A stretch of DNA of 64,000 nucleotides. Source: a virus. Below are positions 9,376-18,866 of the stretch, one piece after another. A model generated the notes under the pieces. The model ran no database searches. It worked only from the letters and a program-made list of their open reading frames with translations, and was not told the origin of the DNA. The stretch's first letter is position 1, and each line of letters opens with the position of its first letter. The position numbers and the translations under genes were made by a program. The stretch lies in IMG/VR virus record IMGVR_UViG_3300037342_000011, positions 7,466 to 71,465 of that record. One strand, given 5' to 3'.

Positions 9376-11066
9376 TCCGCCGCCTCTCTAAATTCTGCTT
9401 CAGGATTGCCACCCAAGCCGCCACCTTGACCGAAGCCGATGCCCTTCGGCATCTCCGGCTCGGGTTGCTCGGGCATTACAGTCAAGTCGAGCGATGCGTG
9501 GGGGCTGTCTTCATCCATCGCCACGCGCTCACGAACCTCGTCGGGGCCTAGCGCACCTATTTCAACCAGCACCGCGTCGGTGTCGGCGTCGATCTTGCGC
9601 ACCTCCGCCTCGCCCTTTTCGTCAAGCGACCACAAATTGACCCAATCGTAACTCAAATCTTCGTCCACCGCGCCCCAAAGGTTGATCTGGGCAAAGGCAA
9701 ATATGCGGTCGAGATTCGGCCCGAGAACTTTAGGCTGCGTGGCGTGGATGCTGTCGTAGTAGGTGCGGATGGAGCCTTCCGACGAAGCGTTCAACCCGTG
9801 AGCGTCGATGCCTAGCAACTTGACGGTCGGTGTCTTAGCCACGCTGCACATCTGCTCTTGAGACTGGGCTTGCAGCGCATCGAGACCGGCCAGTGACGCT
9901 GATACGTTTTTGAATTCTTCGGTTTCTTTATCTGTGAGAAAGAGACCTTTATTGTCTCTCATATTATTAAAGACTTCAATTCTTCGAAATAATCCGTCAC
10001 CGCCAGGCGTTAATGTCTCAGCAAGATTTGAACTAAGCTGCCAAACTGTAAACGAGTGAACTAAGTCTGAAACAGATTGGCGAGTGCGAAGCCAATTTGA
10101 AACATACGGTTTTGCCATCTGGCTCATTGACAAGCCGCCGAACGAGTACGCGGGCTTGAGCATGTCGGGTACTTTGCGCCCGATAAATGTCAAGAACCGG
10201 CTTGCGTGGACTTCCTTGCCCATGGCGAACCAGCGCTGCGGATTATACCAATCGGGTGCAAGGGGATCGTTTGATCCATACGCCGCAGGATAACTCCAGA
10301 CGGCCTCGACAGCCTGTATTCTTTTAAGGCTGCCCTTCTTAACCTTGGCCAGCGTAATCTCGTTGGTCGGTGACCCATCGCCGACCGGGGTAAGCAGCTC
10401 ATCCGGGTCGTCCAACGAATCGTCGAAATCCAGAAACAGATGTGAACGCCCCATGTAGCCATCGTATTCAACCGAATGGCAAAGCAACTCCATTACATTG
10501 AGCCGTTTGAACTCCGCTTCGAGTTCTTGAATACGCTCAGCCTTGTTTCCTTTCGAACCCTTGGCCTTTATTTTAATTCCTTTACGCGTCATTTCCGTAG
10601 CGCCAGTCTCGGAAATGACTCGATATTCCGGTCGCTGCGCAAGTTCAGCGAGGTAGGGATATCCTAAAAAAGCCTGTCCTTCAGCAAAGGCACCATATGC
10701 GCCGTAACCCCCGTAACCGCCATTTGCCAGCCAACCGCCCGCAAATACAATTTGTTGATCGAGCGCGATTGCGGCAGCCTTGGCCGAACGCTTGATATTT
10801 TCATCGTTGGCTAACGTATAATCTTTGCGACTTTCTGGGATAACGCCAGGCATGGGCTGGGCTGCCTGATAGATACGTTCCGACAAATCTCGAATACGCG
10901 CCCTTGATTGTCGCGAGAGAGCCAAGACGTCGTCGGAAATGTTTAAGGTCTTTTTGGTTGCAGTTTCCGACGCCTTCTTGGGTGCAGACACGCTGCGTTT
11001 AACTTTGCTACGCTTTAACCGCGCTTCAAGTTCCTTGACCCGCTTTTTTAATTTATTGCGTTTCAA
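9372..11066 (-). CDS. Portal protein (DUF1073 family)
   Basis: FLGYPYLAELAQRPEYR, VHASR, LKPAYSFGGLSMSQ, GLNASSEG motifs; start uncertain. Confidence 0.9.
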   Translation of the reverse strand: MKRNKLKKRVKELEARLKRSKVKRSVSAPKKASETATKKTLNISDDVLALSRQSRARIRDLSERIYQAAQPMPGVIPESRKDYTLANDENIKRSAKAAAIALDQQIVFAGGWLANGGYGGYGAYGAFAEGQAFLGYPYLAELAQRPEYRVISETGATEMTRKGIKIKAKGSKGNKAERIQELEAEFKRLNVMELLCHSVEYDGYMGRSHLFLDFDDSLDDPDELLTPVGDGSPTNEITLAKVKKGSLKRIQAVEAVWSYPAAYGSNDPLAPDWYNPQRWFAMGKEVHASRFLTFIGRKVPDMLKPAYSFGGLSMSQMAKPYVSNWLRTRQSVSDLVHSFTVWQLSSNLAETLTPGGDGLFRRIEVFNNMRDNKGLFLTDKETEEFKNVSASLAGLDALQAQSQEQMCSVAKTPTVKLLGIDAHGLNASSEGSIRTYYDSIHATQPKVLGPNLDRIFAFAQINLWGAVDEDLSYDWVNLWSLDEKGEAEVRKIDADTDAVLVEIGALGPDEVRERVAMDEDSPHASLDLTVMPEQPEPEMPKGIGFGQGGGLGGNPEAEFREAAE

Positions 11067-11730
11067 GGTGTTTCGCTTTCATTCGTCTAATTACCCACGC
11101 GGCTCGCAATTTAGCTTTAGTTTCTTCTGACGCTATTCTAATCGGCATTGTACCCAAACGACGTTTTTCCGCCCACACTTCTTTATAAATGTTACTTATT
11201 CTAAATTTTTCTTCTAATGATCTTTCTGGTCTATCCTTTGCCGCCTTTGTTATCGATGCGTTTCGTGAGGCTACGTGTTCGGGGGATTGTTTTGTGCCTT
11301 TTTTAGATTTTCCTATATTAGCACACGTTTCAGCAGTTCTCTTTTGCCCCGTATTAGATTTGCTTAAAGCCGCTTTCCATTCTGGGGTTCTTATCGCGCG
11401 ACTTGATATTTTTCCAAGTTTGTTTCGTGTTTCCTGTGAATGAGTAAATCCGCTGTTATTTTCAGCAACCGTCATAATGTTATAAATCGGCTTAAGAACA
11501 CCAATTGCCATCGCTTCGTACATCAGCACACAATCTTCGGAACAAACCAACAATTTTGAAAAAATAAATTGTCCTTTGTATTTTTTCCAAGCGTTCTGAA
11601 GCTTGGGATTAGAATGAATACCCTTGTTTAAATGATACCGATGTCTTTTCCATCGCGTATTAAAATTGTACGCGCTCCCAACGTACCGTCCACCAGACGG
11701 CGTCGTAATTGTGTAAACACCGCAATTCAT
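11053..11730 (-). CDS. GIY-YIG homing endonuclease
   Basis: CGVYTI...YVGSA...RWKRH...HSNPKLQNAWKKY; NUMOD3 HSQETRNK; between terminase and portal. Confidence 0.85.
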   Translation of the reverse strand: MNCGVYTITTPSGGRYVGSAYNFNTRWKRHRYHLNKGIHSNPKLQNAWKKYKGQFIFSKLLVCSEDCVLMYEAMAIGVLKPIYNIMTVAENNSGFTHSQETRNKLGKISSRAIRTPEWKAALSKSNTGQKRTAETCANIGKSKKGTKQSPEHVASRNASITKAAKDRPERSLEEKFRISNIYKEVWAEKRRLGTMPIRIASEETKAKLRAAWVIRRMKAKHLETQ

Positions 11731-13043
11731 CGTTGTGCCGACCACCGCATAACTTCGTCAGAAAACACCAAAGGCTTCCGAGCGTGCGAACTGTGCATCA
11801 CAGCTAAAGCTAACGAACACACGCAATCGTCGTGGAAGCCTTCAGGGGCCGAGTATCTCACGCCAGTCCTCGTGTATTCATATTCAAAGTCCTCAAGCTC
11901 GCTTCGAATAACCCCGTCAGGGAACTTGATCGTCGATTGCTGGATAGCGACCGCCAGGCCTTCCATCAGCTTCTGCTTGGACGGGGAGGAGAAGTTGTAC
12001 CCCTCGAACTTTGACCCAAGGTTCTTTTGTAGCATCTCCAATATCGGGTCGCCGACGCCCGTGCTGTCCACTAACGCAGCGACCCGACCTGTCGTGGTCG
12101 CTATTCTGTTCATCGTCGCGTCCCAAGGCAGCTGGAACCGCTCGTGCCTGCACACCCGGCCCGCGTCGTCGAGCGCGGTGCCAACCGTCCAGTCAACGTG
12201 CTTGGCGAGGTCCCACCCCCAAACCCTCGGAGCGGCGCTTGACATCGGCGCGATACACTGAGCGATCGCCTTAAGCCCGAACGGGTTGCCACCGTCGTCG
12301 CTGGGTTCGGCGAGATACAGTTCGCGAAACACCTGCTCAGGCAAATCGCGTTTAGCTTCTTGAATCTCGGCGTCAGCGAGCACTCCAGCGGCAACCGCAT
12401 CGCTCGCCAATATCTTGAAATACGCCATACCCGCTTCGCCGTGTTCGGCCTTGCGAGCGAGAGCGTAAAACCAATTCTTGCGGCCTTTGACGTTTCCGAT
12501 AAAACGACAAGGTCCGCGCGTAGCGGTAAGTGTAGAACGTATAGCGTGCCAGCTTTCCTCACGCATACGAGAGGCTTCGTCGATCACGGCGGCATAAACG
12601 TCTTCGCCGTAAAGATTGTCCGGCTTCTCGGCGGACTTGAACCAAATGATCGCGCCGCTAACGACGACCTTTAATATCAGGTCACCTTCATTTGCGTCAA
12701 ACGTACCAACGGGGTACGCGCGCTTCATACGGGTGAAAGCTATTTCGGCTTGTTTGTAGACCGGGGCAACCCACCAAAAGTTATTGCCGTCTTTCGCAAA
12801 CAACGCTTGTTCGAACAACCAAGCAATACACCCAACCGTCTTGCCAGTTTTAGTAGCGGCCTCAATAAAAGAAAACCGAGCAATGGCCCCGGAAGAATCG
12901 CGCGGATAAAATATCGCGTGTTCTTGCTTTGGATAAAGCAAAGGCCGCGTGTAGTTTATATGGACGACCTCAGCATAGTCAGCTCTCGCTGCGCTGGAGG
13001 GTGACGACGTTTCCGTCGGTCCGGTATGTTCGTTCGGTGTCAT
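11727..13043 (-). CDS. terL: Terminase large subunit
   Basis: Walker A TKTGKT, Walker B VIDEAS, nuclease GWDLAK, VDSTGVGD, HDDCVCSLALA. Confidence 0.93.
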   Translation of the reverse strand: MTPNEHTGPTETSSPSSAARADYAEVVHINYTRPLLYPKQEHAIFYPRDSSGAIARFSFIEAATKTGKTVGCIAWLFEQALFAKDGNNFWWVAPVYKQAEIAFTRMKRAYPVGTFDANEGDLILKVVVSGAIIWFKSAEKPDNLYGEDVYAAVIDEASRMREESWHAIRSTLTATRGPCRFIGNVKGRKNWFYALARKAEHGEAGMAYFKILASDAVAAGVLADAEIQEAKRDLPEQVFRELYLAEPSDDGGNPFGLKAIAQCIAPMSSAAPRVWGWDLAKHVDWTVGTALDDAGRVCRHERFQLPWDATMNRIATTTGRVAALVDSTGVGDPILEMLQKNLGSKFEGYNFSSPSKQKLMEGLAVAIQQSTIKFPDGVIRSELEDFEYEYTRTGVRYSAPEGFHDDCVCSLALAVMHSSHARKPLVFSDEVMRWSAQR

Positions 13044-13476
13044 CAGCTGCCGGGGCCAAGGTCATTTTAATTTCAGTGTGGACAGAAGTTTTTTGAATGC
13101 TGATAGCTTGAAGTCGTGCGTTAGTGTACGGGGCCATGTCAACACCGCAATTTTGAAGTCGATCTCGAACCGCAATATAAGTTGCGTGCGTTTTATTAAA
13201 TTCCGCCAACGCTGCGGTCAGCTCATTAGATTTATCGCCTGGGATTAATTTAATGCGGGCGAGCTGTTCATCAACCAGAGAGCCAAGTTCGTTTGCTTTG
13301 CCTTTCCAAAATACCGCATTGTCGAGCATAAGCGACAAACCATCAAGCCCTTGCCGACAAAGTTCGTTTGCAAGACTACGCGTTAGTTTTGTAGCGGCAC
13401 CCGGCTTGCGGCCTTGGCCACGCTTCCCTGGCGGGCGCGGACTCGGAACGAGTTGGTTTGGCAAATCATCTGGCAT
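12979..13476 (-). CDS. Terminase small subunit (putative)
   Basis: GRKPG N-terminal motif; APY...RLQAI; directly upstream of terL. Confidence 0.7.
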   Translation of the reverse strand: MPDDLPNQLVPSPRPPGKRGQGRKPGAATKLTRSLANELCRQGLDGLSLMLDNAVFWKGKANELGSLVDEQLARIKLIPGDKSNELTAALAEFNKTHATYIAVRDRLQNCGVDMAPYTNARLQAISIQKTSVHTEIKMTLAPAADDTERTYRTDGNVVTLQRSES

Positions 13477-13606
13477 TGATTAAATTCAGCCTAACTCCTT
13501 AGGTTTGCTTACCCACGCTTCGCCAACGGCCCCGTTTTGCGGGAGCTACACGAGGTCTTAGCTATTAGGGCCTAAGCCTCCAATGCCTCGCCACGACCGG
13601 CGAATA

Positions 13607-14122
13607 TCAACCAGCCAACAAATCCGCAACAGCTACGTTTACTTTGCCTAACGTGCGCAGCGAAACAACCGCGCGCTCGTTTTTCAAAACCTCTTCCACC
13701 AAACCCGAAAAGCCATAAAACTGGCCAGACGCGATCCTCACGCCTTCGCCGGCCACAAACTTCGGCTTCGGCGGCGGGGTAAAAACCCCGTCCGCGTCGC
13801 AGCGCGATTTGATTTCTTGAATTGTGGTATGGGGAATAGTGGAAACTTTTTCGTCGTTTTGGATAAGACAGTGAATGTGAGTGGTATTTGAAATGCGATT
13901 AATTATTTCATTCATCTCAAACCAAGCGTGGGCAAGCAGAACAAAAATATAATTTGGAAAAAGCGGATCTAGCCGCGCAACGCGCTTACCGCGATGTCTA
14001 ACGCGGCGTTTGATCCTGGGAAAGAAAAACTCAAAACCATCATCCCGCAAACCCTTGGCCGCGCGCAATTCACCCTGCGGCGATGTGACAGCAACAGCCC
14101 AGTTAGATTGGGTTGATGGCAA
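13607..14122 (-). CDS. NusG/RfaH-family transcription antiterminator
   Basis: WAVAVT...PLFPNYIFV NGN domain; KOW FVAGEGVRIASGQFYGFSGLV; TTG start with GAGG SD. Confidence 0.85.
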   Translation of the reverse strand: MPSTQSNWAVAVTSPQGELRAAKGLRDDGFEFFFPRIKRRVRHRGKRVARLDPLFPNYIFVLLAHAWFEMNEIINRISNTTHIHCLIQNDEKVSTIPHTTIQEIKSRCDADGVFTPPPKPKFVAGEGVRIASGQFYGFSGLVEEVLKNERAVVSLRTLGKVNVAVADLLAG

Positions 14123-14239
14123 GCTTGTGGCCCTCAGTTGGGTACTAATTCGACCGTAGCTTTTGCAACTACGGCAATTTGCGGGAACTTGCAAGCGGTA
14201 TTTTGGGGGCCTACCGCTAGGGGTAGGGGGTACCGAAAA

Positions 14240-14530
14240 ACCGGTCTAGGCAGTCTAGGAGTGTTTCTATATACACAAAAGGTAAAATGGTTGTTACCTA
14301 AACCGCTAGACCGTTATATTAGTATATATATTATATAATAGAAACACAGACTTACGCCGAATTTTAAGGCAAAAACGGTCTAGGAGTCGCCAGTCCTAGA
14401 CCGACCGATTTTTACTAGACCGAGCCCTAAAATCCGAAAAAAGGCAAAAATTTGGGCCACGCTAGGCACTTTTCGACGGTCTAGGGTTGACCGACTCCTA
14501 TTTGGCATTTTAGCAGCATTACTATATATA
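14240..14530. other. Putative replication origin (iterons + AT-rich tract)
   Basis: About 7-8 copies of CGGTCTAG(G) in both orientations; AT-only tract 14314-14340 flanked by IR GTGTTTCTAT/ATAGAAACAC; downstream of primase. Confidence 0.6.
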
Positions 14531-14644
14531 GGGGGGTAGGGTGCTGTTGGTTTTTCAAAAAGGATCGTCGTTTGTTTATAATTATTCCAAAAGGCGACCT
14601 TGAAAATCAGATTGTTTGGCCACTTTGCCTGCCATCTCATTGAC

Positions 14645-16927
14645 CTAACGCTTCGGCACCGAATACCAATAAGACGGCGTTCCACCGGCAGCCGGTGTTG
14701 TTTTTTCAATTTTTAAGGTGCCGCCCTCGGCCATTTGGGCAATCACATCGGCCAATTCGCGGGTCTTATATTTGTACTTCAAAGCCTGCAACACGTCCGC
14801 CCGCTTAACCCGCCCGGTGCCATTGCCACGCTTTTGTATAACCCTGCGCACGGCATTGGCCATGGCCTGGGTCTCGCTATCGGAAATATAGAGCCCAGCC
14901 GATTCAGCCAATGTATTGCTAGACCATTGGGCAAAATCGCGCGCCCAAGTCATTACGTCGGCTTCAATGCAATCCGTGCCCAGCCCTATTGTGACAATGG
15001 TGGCCAGCCGTAAAGCGTTCTCAGCCGTGCGGGCTAGGAATGATTCTACCTCATCGTCCTTGTCGCCACGGTCTTGAAGTTCCTCTACAAAATCCCGGCG
15101 AATCTTTTCAGCGTCAGGGCTAATGTCTAATAGGTGAAACGCCGGTGAAACTACCGACATTTTATTAAATGAACCGCCCAGATGGTCGTAAATTTCCCGA
15201 AGCTGGTCTATGATTGGTTTGGGCACGTTGGTTGCGTCAAGAAGAGGGGGCTGCTCCTTGGGCCGCTTGGCGGTTTCAATAATTAGAAACCGGTTGAGCA
15301 CACCGTTGATAATGTCCGCACCCTCCAAGCTTTCGTAGAACTCGCGAGGCGTTGACGCGCCATAAATTGACATGGCCGGGCTATGAACCAATACCGAGGG
15401 GCTTTGAGCCCATTCCGGCGTTGACATGGATGTAAACGACGCGCCCCAAGCCGTGCGAAGCATGCCGGAAATTGCGCCTTCAAACCCCGATGCCCGTTTG
15501 GAATTGGTGCGCTTTAGGAAGCTGCCAAACTCGTCCATGGCGCAAACCGATAACGGCTCGCGCTTTAGAAAATTGATAACCGATGGCATTGATATAAATT
15601 GGCTTGGCCCTACGTGTTTCTGCATATTGGCAGCGGTCAAGATGGTAGATATTTGTGTAAGTGGATGGTTCTTGCCAGCGCCGGTAGGCGCGAGCGCAAC
15701 CACGTAAAGGTGGGTACCGCAGCGGTTAGGACCGCCTAGGTGCCTACCGGCAGCCGTGCCTACAATAGTCAGAGCGGCACCGAGGGAAAGGGCGGGTTGT
15801 GGGTAAAGCGCAGTATCAGTAATCCATCGGGAAATGAGACCAACAAGCCCCGGCGGATTTAGGAGGTTAGTGGGGAACTCCTTTAAGATCGGGAAAGGGG
15901 ATACAAGCTCCGGTAATGACGGTTCTGGAAGTTCAACGACGCTAGGTAAAGGACGCGCTAGGAGTTGTTCAGTTAATTGCTCCCCTAACACAATACGCTC
16001 AGGGGCGTAATTATCGCGCCAATTAGGATCGGCTTCTTGAGCAAGATAGAAAAGCGTACCAGCCCCAATTTTGGTAGGCGGCGACTTAAAATAATGTTGC
16101 CATCGTTCTTTAGTGCCACCATGATATTTATTCGACTTACGCGCCCAAGTGTCAAAAGCTTCAAAGCCAGCTTCGCTACCGCCTGTCGCGCGCCAACAAG
16201 CCATTCCTATGTTATTATATTCTTTTTGTGTTTTCCCTGGTGGTTTTTGATCATGTATGTCGTCGTTTGGGATTGCGGCTAGAGCGGCAGCGACCATTGC
16301 AGGGTCGGCTTCCGCATCAACTTCAAATCCATTTATATGTTTAGCTACTCTTTGTTGGGCAGCCAAATCGAATAACCAATCTGGTGCTTGTACTACCGGA
16401 AAAGAATTGAGCCACTTGTAGACGCCTTTGCCGGGGCGAACGGACGGAGGGGCTATAACCATGCCTCCTTCGCCAAGCACGTCTATGCCGGGGGCAACGA
16501 GAGATGTTGAGTTGTAGATTGTTTTACCTTCAGGCATTTCCCAAAAGTAATGAATTGAACCTGACGGGCTTTCGCCTTGAAGGGTATCGGGCAAAGGTCC
16601 GTGTTCGGCTTCTAGCCGTCTTAGATTGGCAATGCCGTCTACTTTATGCCCCTCAAGCGTGTCCGCCTCACTAACCCATATTTTAGACCCAAGTCCGGTA
16701 GCAATACCAATGTTGGCGTTTGGGAATTGATTAAAGTAGTCCTTTATCTCTTTGGGGTCAGATGTAGAGCCCCAGCGATTGCCGTTGGTTTTGCCGCCCG
16801 ACACGCACGACATTTTTTCGCCAGGGGGCGCAGGAAATACAAACCAACCCTTGCGCGCGTAGTCCAATGCTATTTCGAGCATAGATCGCTTTTGGGGTTT
16901 GTGCCAGGGACGCTTGTGATCGGTCAT
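14645..16927 (-). CDS. Bifunctional primase-polymerase + PriCT-2 + DUF3987-type helicase-like domain
   Basis: ALDYARKGWFVFP, ANIGIATG, SPSGSIHYF, GMVIAPPS; IGAGTLFYLA; APTGAGKN, MDEFG, GVLNRFL. Confidence 0.88.
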   Translation of the reverse strand: MTDHKRPWHKPQKRSMLEIALDYARKGWFVFPAPPGEKMSCVSGGKTNGNRWGSTSDPKEIKDYFNQFPNANIGIATGLGSKIWVSEADTLEGHKVDGIANLRRLEAEHGPLPDTLQGESPSGSIHYFWEMPEGKTIYNSTSLVAPGIDVLGEGGMVIAPPSVRPGKGVYKWLNSFPVVQAPDWLFDLAAQQRVAKHINGFEVDAEADPAMVAAALAAIPNDDIHDQKPPGKTQKEYNNIGMACWRATGGSEAGFEAFDTWARKSNKYHGGTKERWQHYFKSPPTKIGAGTLFYLAQEADPNWRDNYAPERIVLGEQLTEQLLARPLPSVVELPEPSLPELVSPFPILKEFPTNLLNPPGLVGLISRWITDTALYPQPALSLGAALTIVGTAAGRHLGGPNRCGTHLYVVALAPTGAGKNHPLTQISTILTAANMQKHVGPSQFISMPSVINFLKREPLSVCAMDEFGSFLKRTNSKRASGFEGAISGMLRTAWGASFTSMSTPEWAQSPSVLVHSPAMSIYGASTPREFYESLEGADIINGVLNRFLIIETAKRPKEQPPLLDATNVPKPIIDQLREIYDHLGGSFNKMSVVSPAFHLLDISPDAEKIRRDFVEELQDRGDKDDEVESFLARTAENALRLATIVTIGLGTDCIEADVMTWARDFAQWSSNTLAESAGLYISDSETQAMANAVRRVIQKRGNGTGRVKRADVLQALKYKYKTRELADVIAQMAEGGTLKIEKTTPAAGGTPSYWYSVPKR

Positions 16928-17736
16928 TAAGGTGCACCGCTTTGCTCTTTTTTGGTGCCATAAGTTTCTTCTACTTTTTGAAGAAATAGTTTCCAAGCAT
17001 CTTTAGCCGATGGCGCAACAACACCACGTCCTGGTAACCATCTATCTTTAATTGGTAGGCATAAGCGATCTATAAAATAAAATTGTTTTTGTAGTTCTTC
17101 ATTTTTAAAAGCAACAAACACTACTTTTTTATGATAGACAAATGCTGCACTAATCTCTGCTACTGTACCGATAGTATTTTTGCTGTCTATCCAAGCAAAT
17201 AAAACTTCGCTATTACTAACCTCTCTTAAACAGTTTGAAGGAAGTGCGGGATATGCGTCAAAGCCGTGCCCAAACATAATAGTTGGACCACCATATTTAA
17301 ATTCAAAATTGTTATATTTGTCTATTTTGCGTCCGATTATATTTACCTTATGATAGTCCCCAAAAATGTCTGGTGAAATTTGTTTTCTCCAGTCGTTCAT
17401 TGAATATAAGTTTCCCTGAATTTGACTTTCAGATCTTTTGTTATCTTTAAAAATAGCGCCTGCCATATAAACGTGAAGCTTTACCAAGGCAGGATCAAAA
17501 TGTGACTTACCGTGCGTAAAGCTATGGCACGCATCGCAAAGATGAATTAAATCTTCGAGCGGTTCGTTATAGAGCCTTACATAAGTTTTGTGATGGACCG
17601 CTTGACCTTCATTGACGTAGCATCGTTCGCAGGTACCGCCGGAACGTTTGTGAACTGCTTCTTTTTTAAGACCCCATTCGCGAGAACAATAGTAGGCTTG
17701 ACGCTTTTCGTTGGCGGCTGATCGTTGGGTGCTCAT
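16927..17736 (-). CDS. HNH domain fused to nucleoside 2-deoxyribosyltransferase-like domain
   Basis: CERC...VHHKTY...LIHLCDACH; C-terminal VYMAGAIF...SEVLFAWID...GTVAEISAA; AT-rich. Confidence 0.7.
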   Translation of the reverse strand: MSTQRSAANEKRQAYYCSREWGLKKEAVHKRSGGTCERCYVNEGQAVHHKTYVRLYNEPLEDLIHLCDACHSFTHGKSHFDPALVKLHVYMAGAIFKDNKRSESQIQGNLYSMNDWRKQISPDIFGDYHKVNIIGRKIDKYNNFEFKYGGPTIMFGHGFDAYPALPSNCLREVSNSEVLFAWIDSKNTIGTVAEISAAFVYHKKVVFVAFKNEELQKQFYFIDRLCLPIKDRWLPGRGVVAPSAKDAWKLFLQKVEETYGTKKEQSGAP

Positions 17737-17898
17737 CTGATTTGCCCTCCACAGGCTGGTTATAGATAGCGAGCGTTGCTCGGGTAATCCCCTAGTGGAG
17801 ATAGGGAAAACCTACGGGTATAAATACCCAAAAGGCTGTCCCCGGCGACACGCGCGGGCGTAACCCTAGCTAGGGCTAAGGTAATAGGCTAGGGGTGG

Positions 17899-18072
17899 TT
17901 AGTCCGGTACGGGGGTTAGTTGGGTCATCGCTGGCCGTTCAAGGGTGGCAAACGCCCCCTGCAACCGCTCCCTTAGGATGGGGCTGTCGGTAACTTCGTT
18001 GGTGAGGTAGGCCACCACATGGCCGTCGAGCAGAATTTGTTCGTTGTCGCGTAGGGTGAGGCGGGGCTGCAT
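17899..18072 (-). CDS. Hypothetical 57-aa protein
   Basis: MQPRLTLRDNEQILLDG...; TAATG overlap. Confidence 0.5.
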   Translation of the reverse strand: MQPRLTLRDNEQILLDGHVVAYLTNEVTDSPILRERLQGAFATLERPAMTQLTPVPD

Positions 18073-18308
18073 TAGAAACCCCCAGCAAAATGATAAACCA
18101 CCAGCGCCACGGCCACGGCAATAAGCACGCCGACAAATATCCTGACGCCAGTAGGGGGCGATGGGGTTGTTATAGGGATATTGGCGAAAGCAGCGCGGCG
18201 GACCTCTTCGGAGGCAGGACGATGCGGGGCAAACGCGTTTGAATGGGCGGCTAGCGGCGCATGAACAGTAGTGCGTTTGGTAGCTTTGCGTTTCGGGGAT
18301 TTGGTCAT
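18072..18308 (-). CDS. Small membrane protein
   Basis: AAGGA RBS; C-terminal hydrophobic helix. Confidence 0.6.
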   Translation of the reverse strand: MTKSPKRKATKRTTVHAPLAAHSNAFAPHRPASEEVRRAAFANIPITTPSPPTGVRIFVGVLIAVAVALVVYHFAGGF

Positions 18309-18330
18309 GTTGGGTCCTTTTGGGTTTGAG

Positions 18331-18618
18331 TTATTTGATTGTGACGGGTACCGGGTCGCTAATTGTTTCTCTTGTGAGGATTTCTTGCAAGATTGCCATG
18401 CCGGTGTTGGTTTTCTTTTCTACTACTGGTCTAAATTTATAACTCCACCATCCAAGTTTGCCACCATTCGGCAATTCCACAAGCGTAATGCCGGGGATGT
18501 TCATACCTTGAGTAAGGCGATCTATGGTATATATTTGACCAACAATCGGAACCGACAGGTGCGGATAGACAAAGGCTGAAATGCACACCACCTTCTGCCC
18601 TACATAAAACCCGCTCAT
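18331..18618 (-). CDS. Hypothetical protein (SH3-like)
   Basis: FYVGQKVVCI...GQIYTI...FRPVVEKKT. Confidence 0.7.
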   Translation of the reverse strand: MSGFYVGQKVVCISAFVYPHLSVPIVGQIYTIDRLTQGMNIPGITLVELPNGGKLGWWSYKFRPVVEKKTNTGMAILQEILTRETISDPVPVTIK

Positions 18619-18866
18619 CGGAAGTGCTCCTTCAATTTGAGTTTCATTTCGTTAAGTGTTTCTTCTCTACGTTCAGCTTCCGCACAAGCCGCATCAGCCG
18701 CGTCCGATTCATCCTCTTGCTCTTGGAAATAAATTTCTCTGCACCGTTCACAGTAGCAGCTATCCCAACCGCCTTTGATTGGATGGCGCGGGTCGGGAAT
18801 ATAACAATCGCCGTCGAAGTCGGTATCGACTGGCTGGTCACATTTGCAGCAGATGTCTATGCTCAT
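18615..18866 (-). CDS. Cys-rich hypothetical protein
   Basis: CCKC...CERC; ATGA overlaps. Confidence 0.6.
   Translation of the reverse strand: MSIDICCKCDQPVDTDFDGDCYIPDPRHPIKGGWDSCYCERCREIYFQEQEDESDAADAACAEAERREETLNEMKLKLKEHFR

Noticed and set aside
14380-14709. 109-aa ORF after primase
   Set aside because: Overlaps the iteron region, no RBS, composition not protein-like
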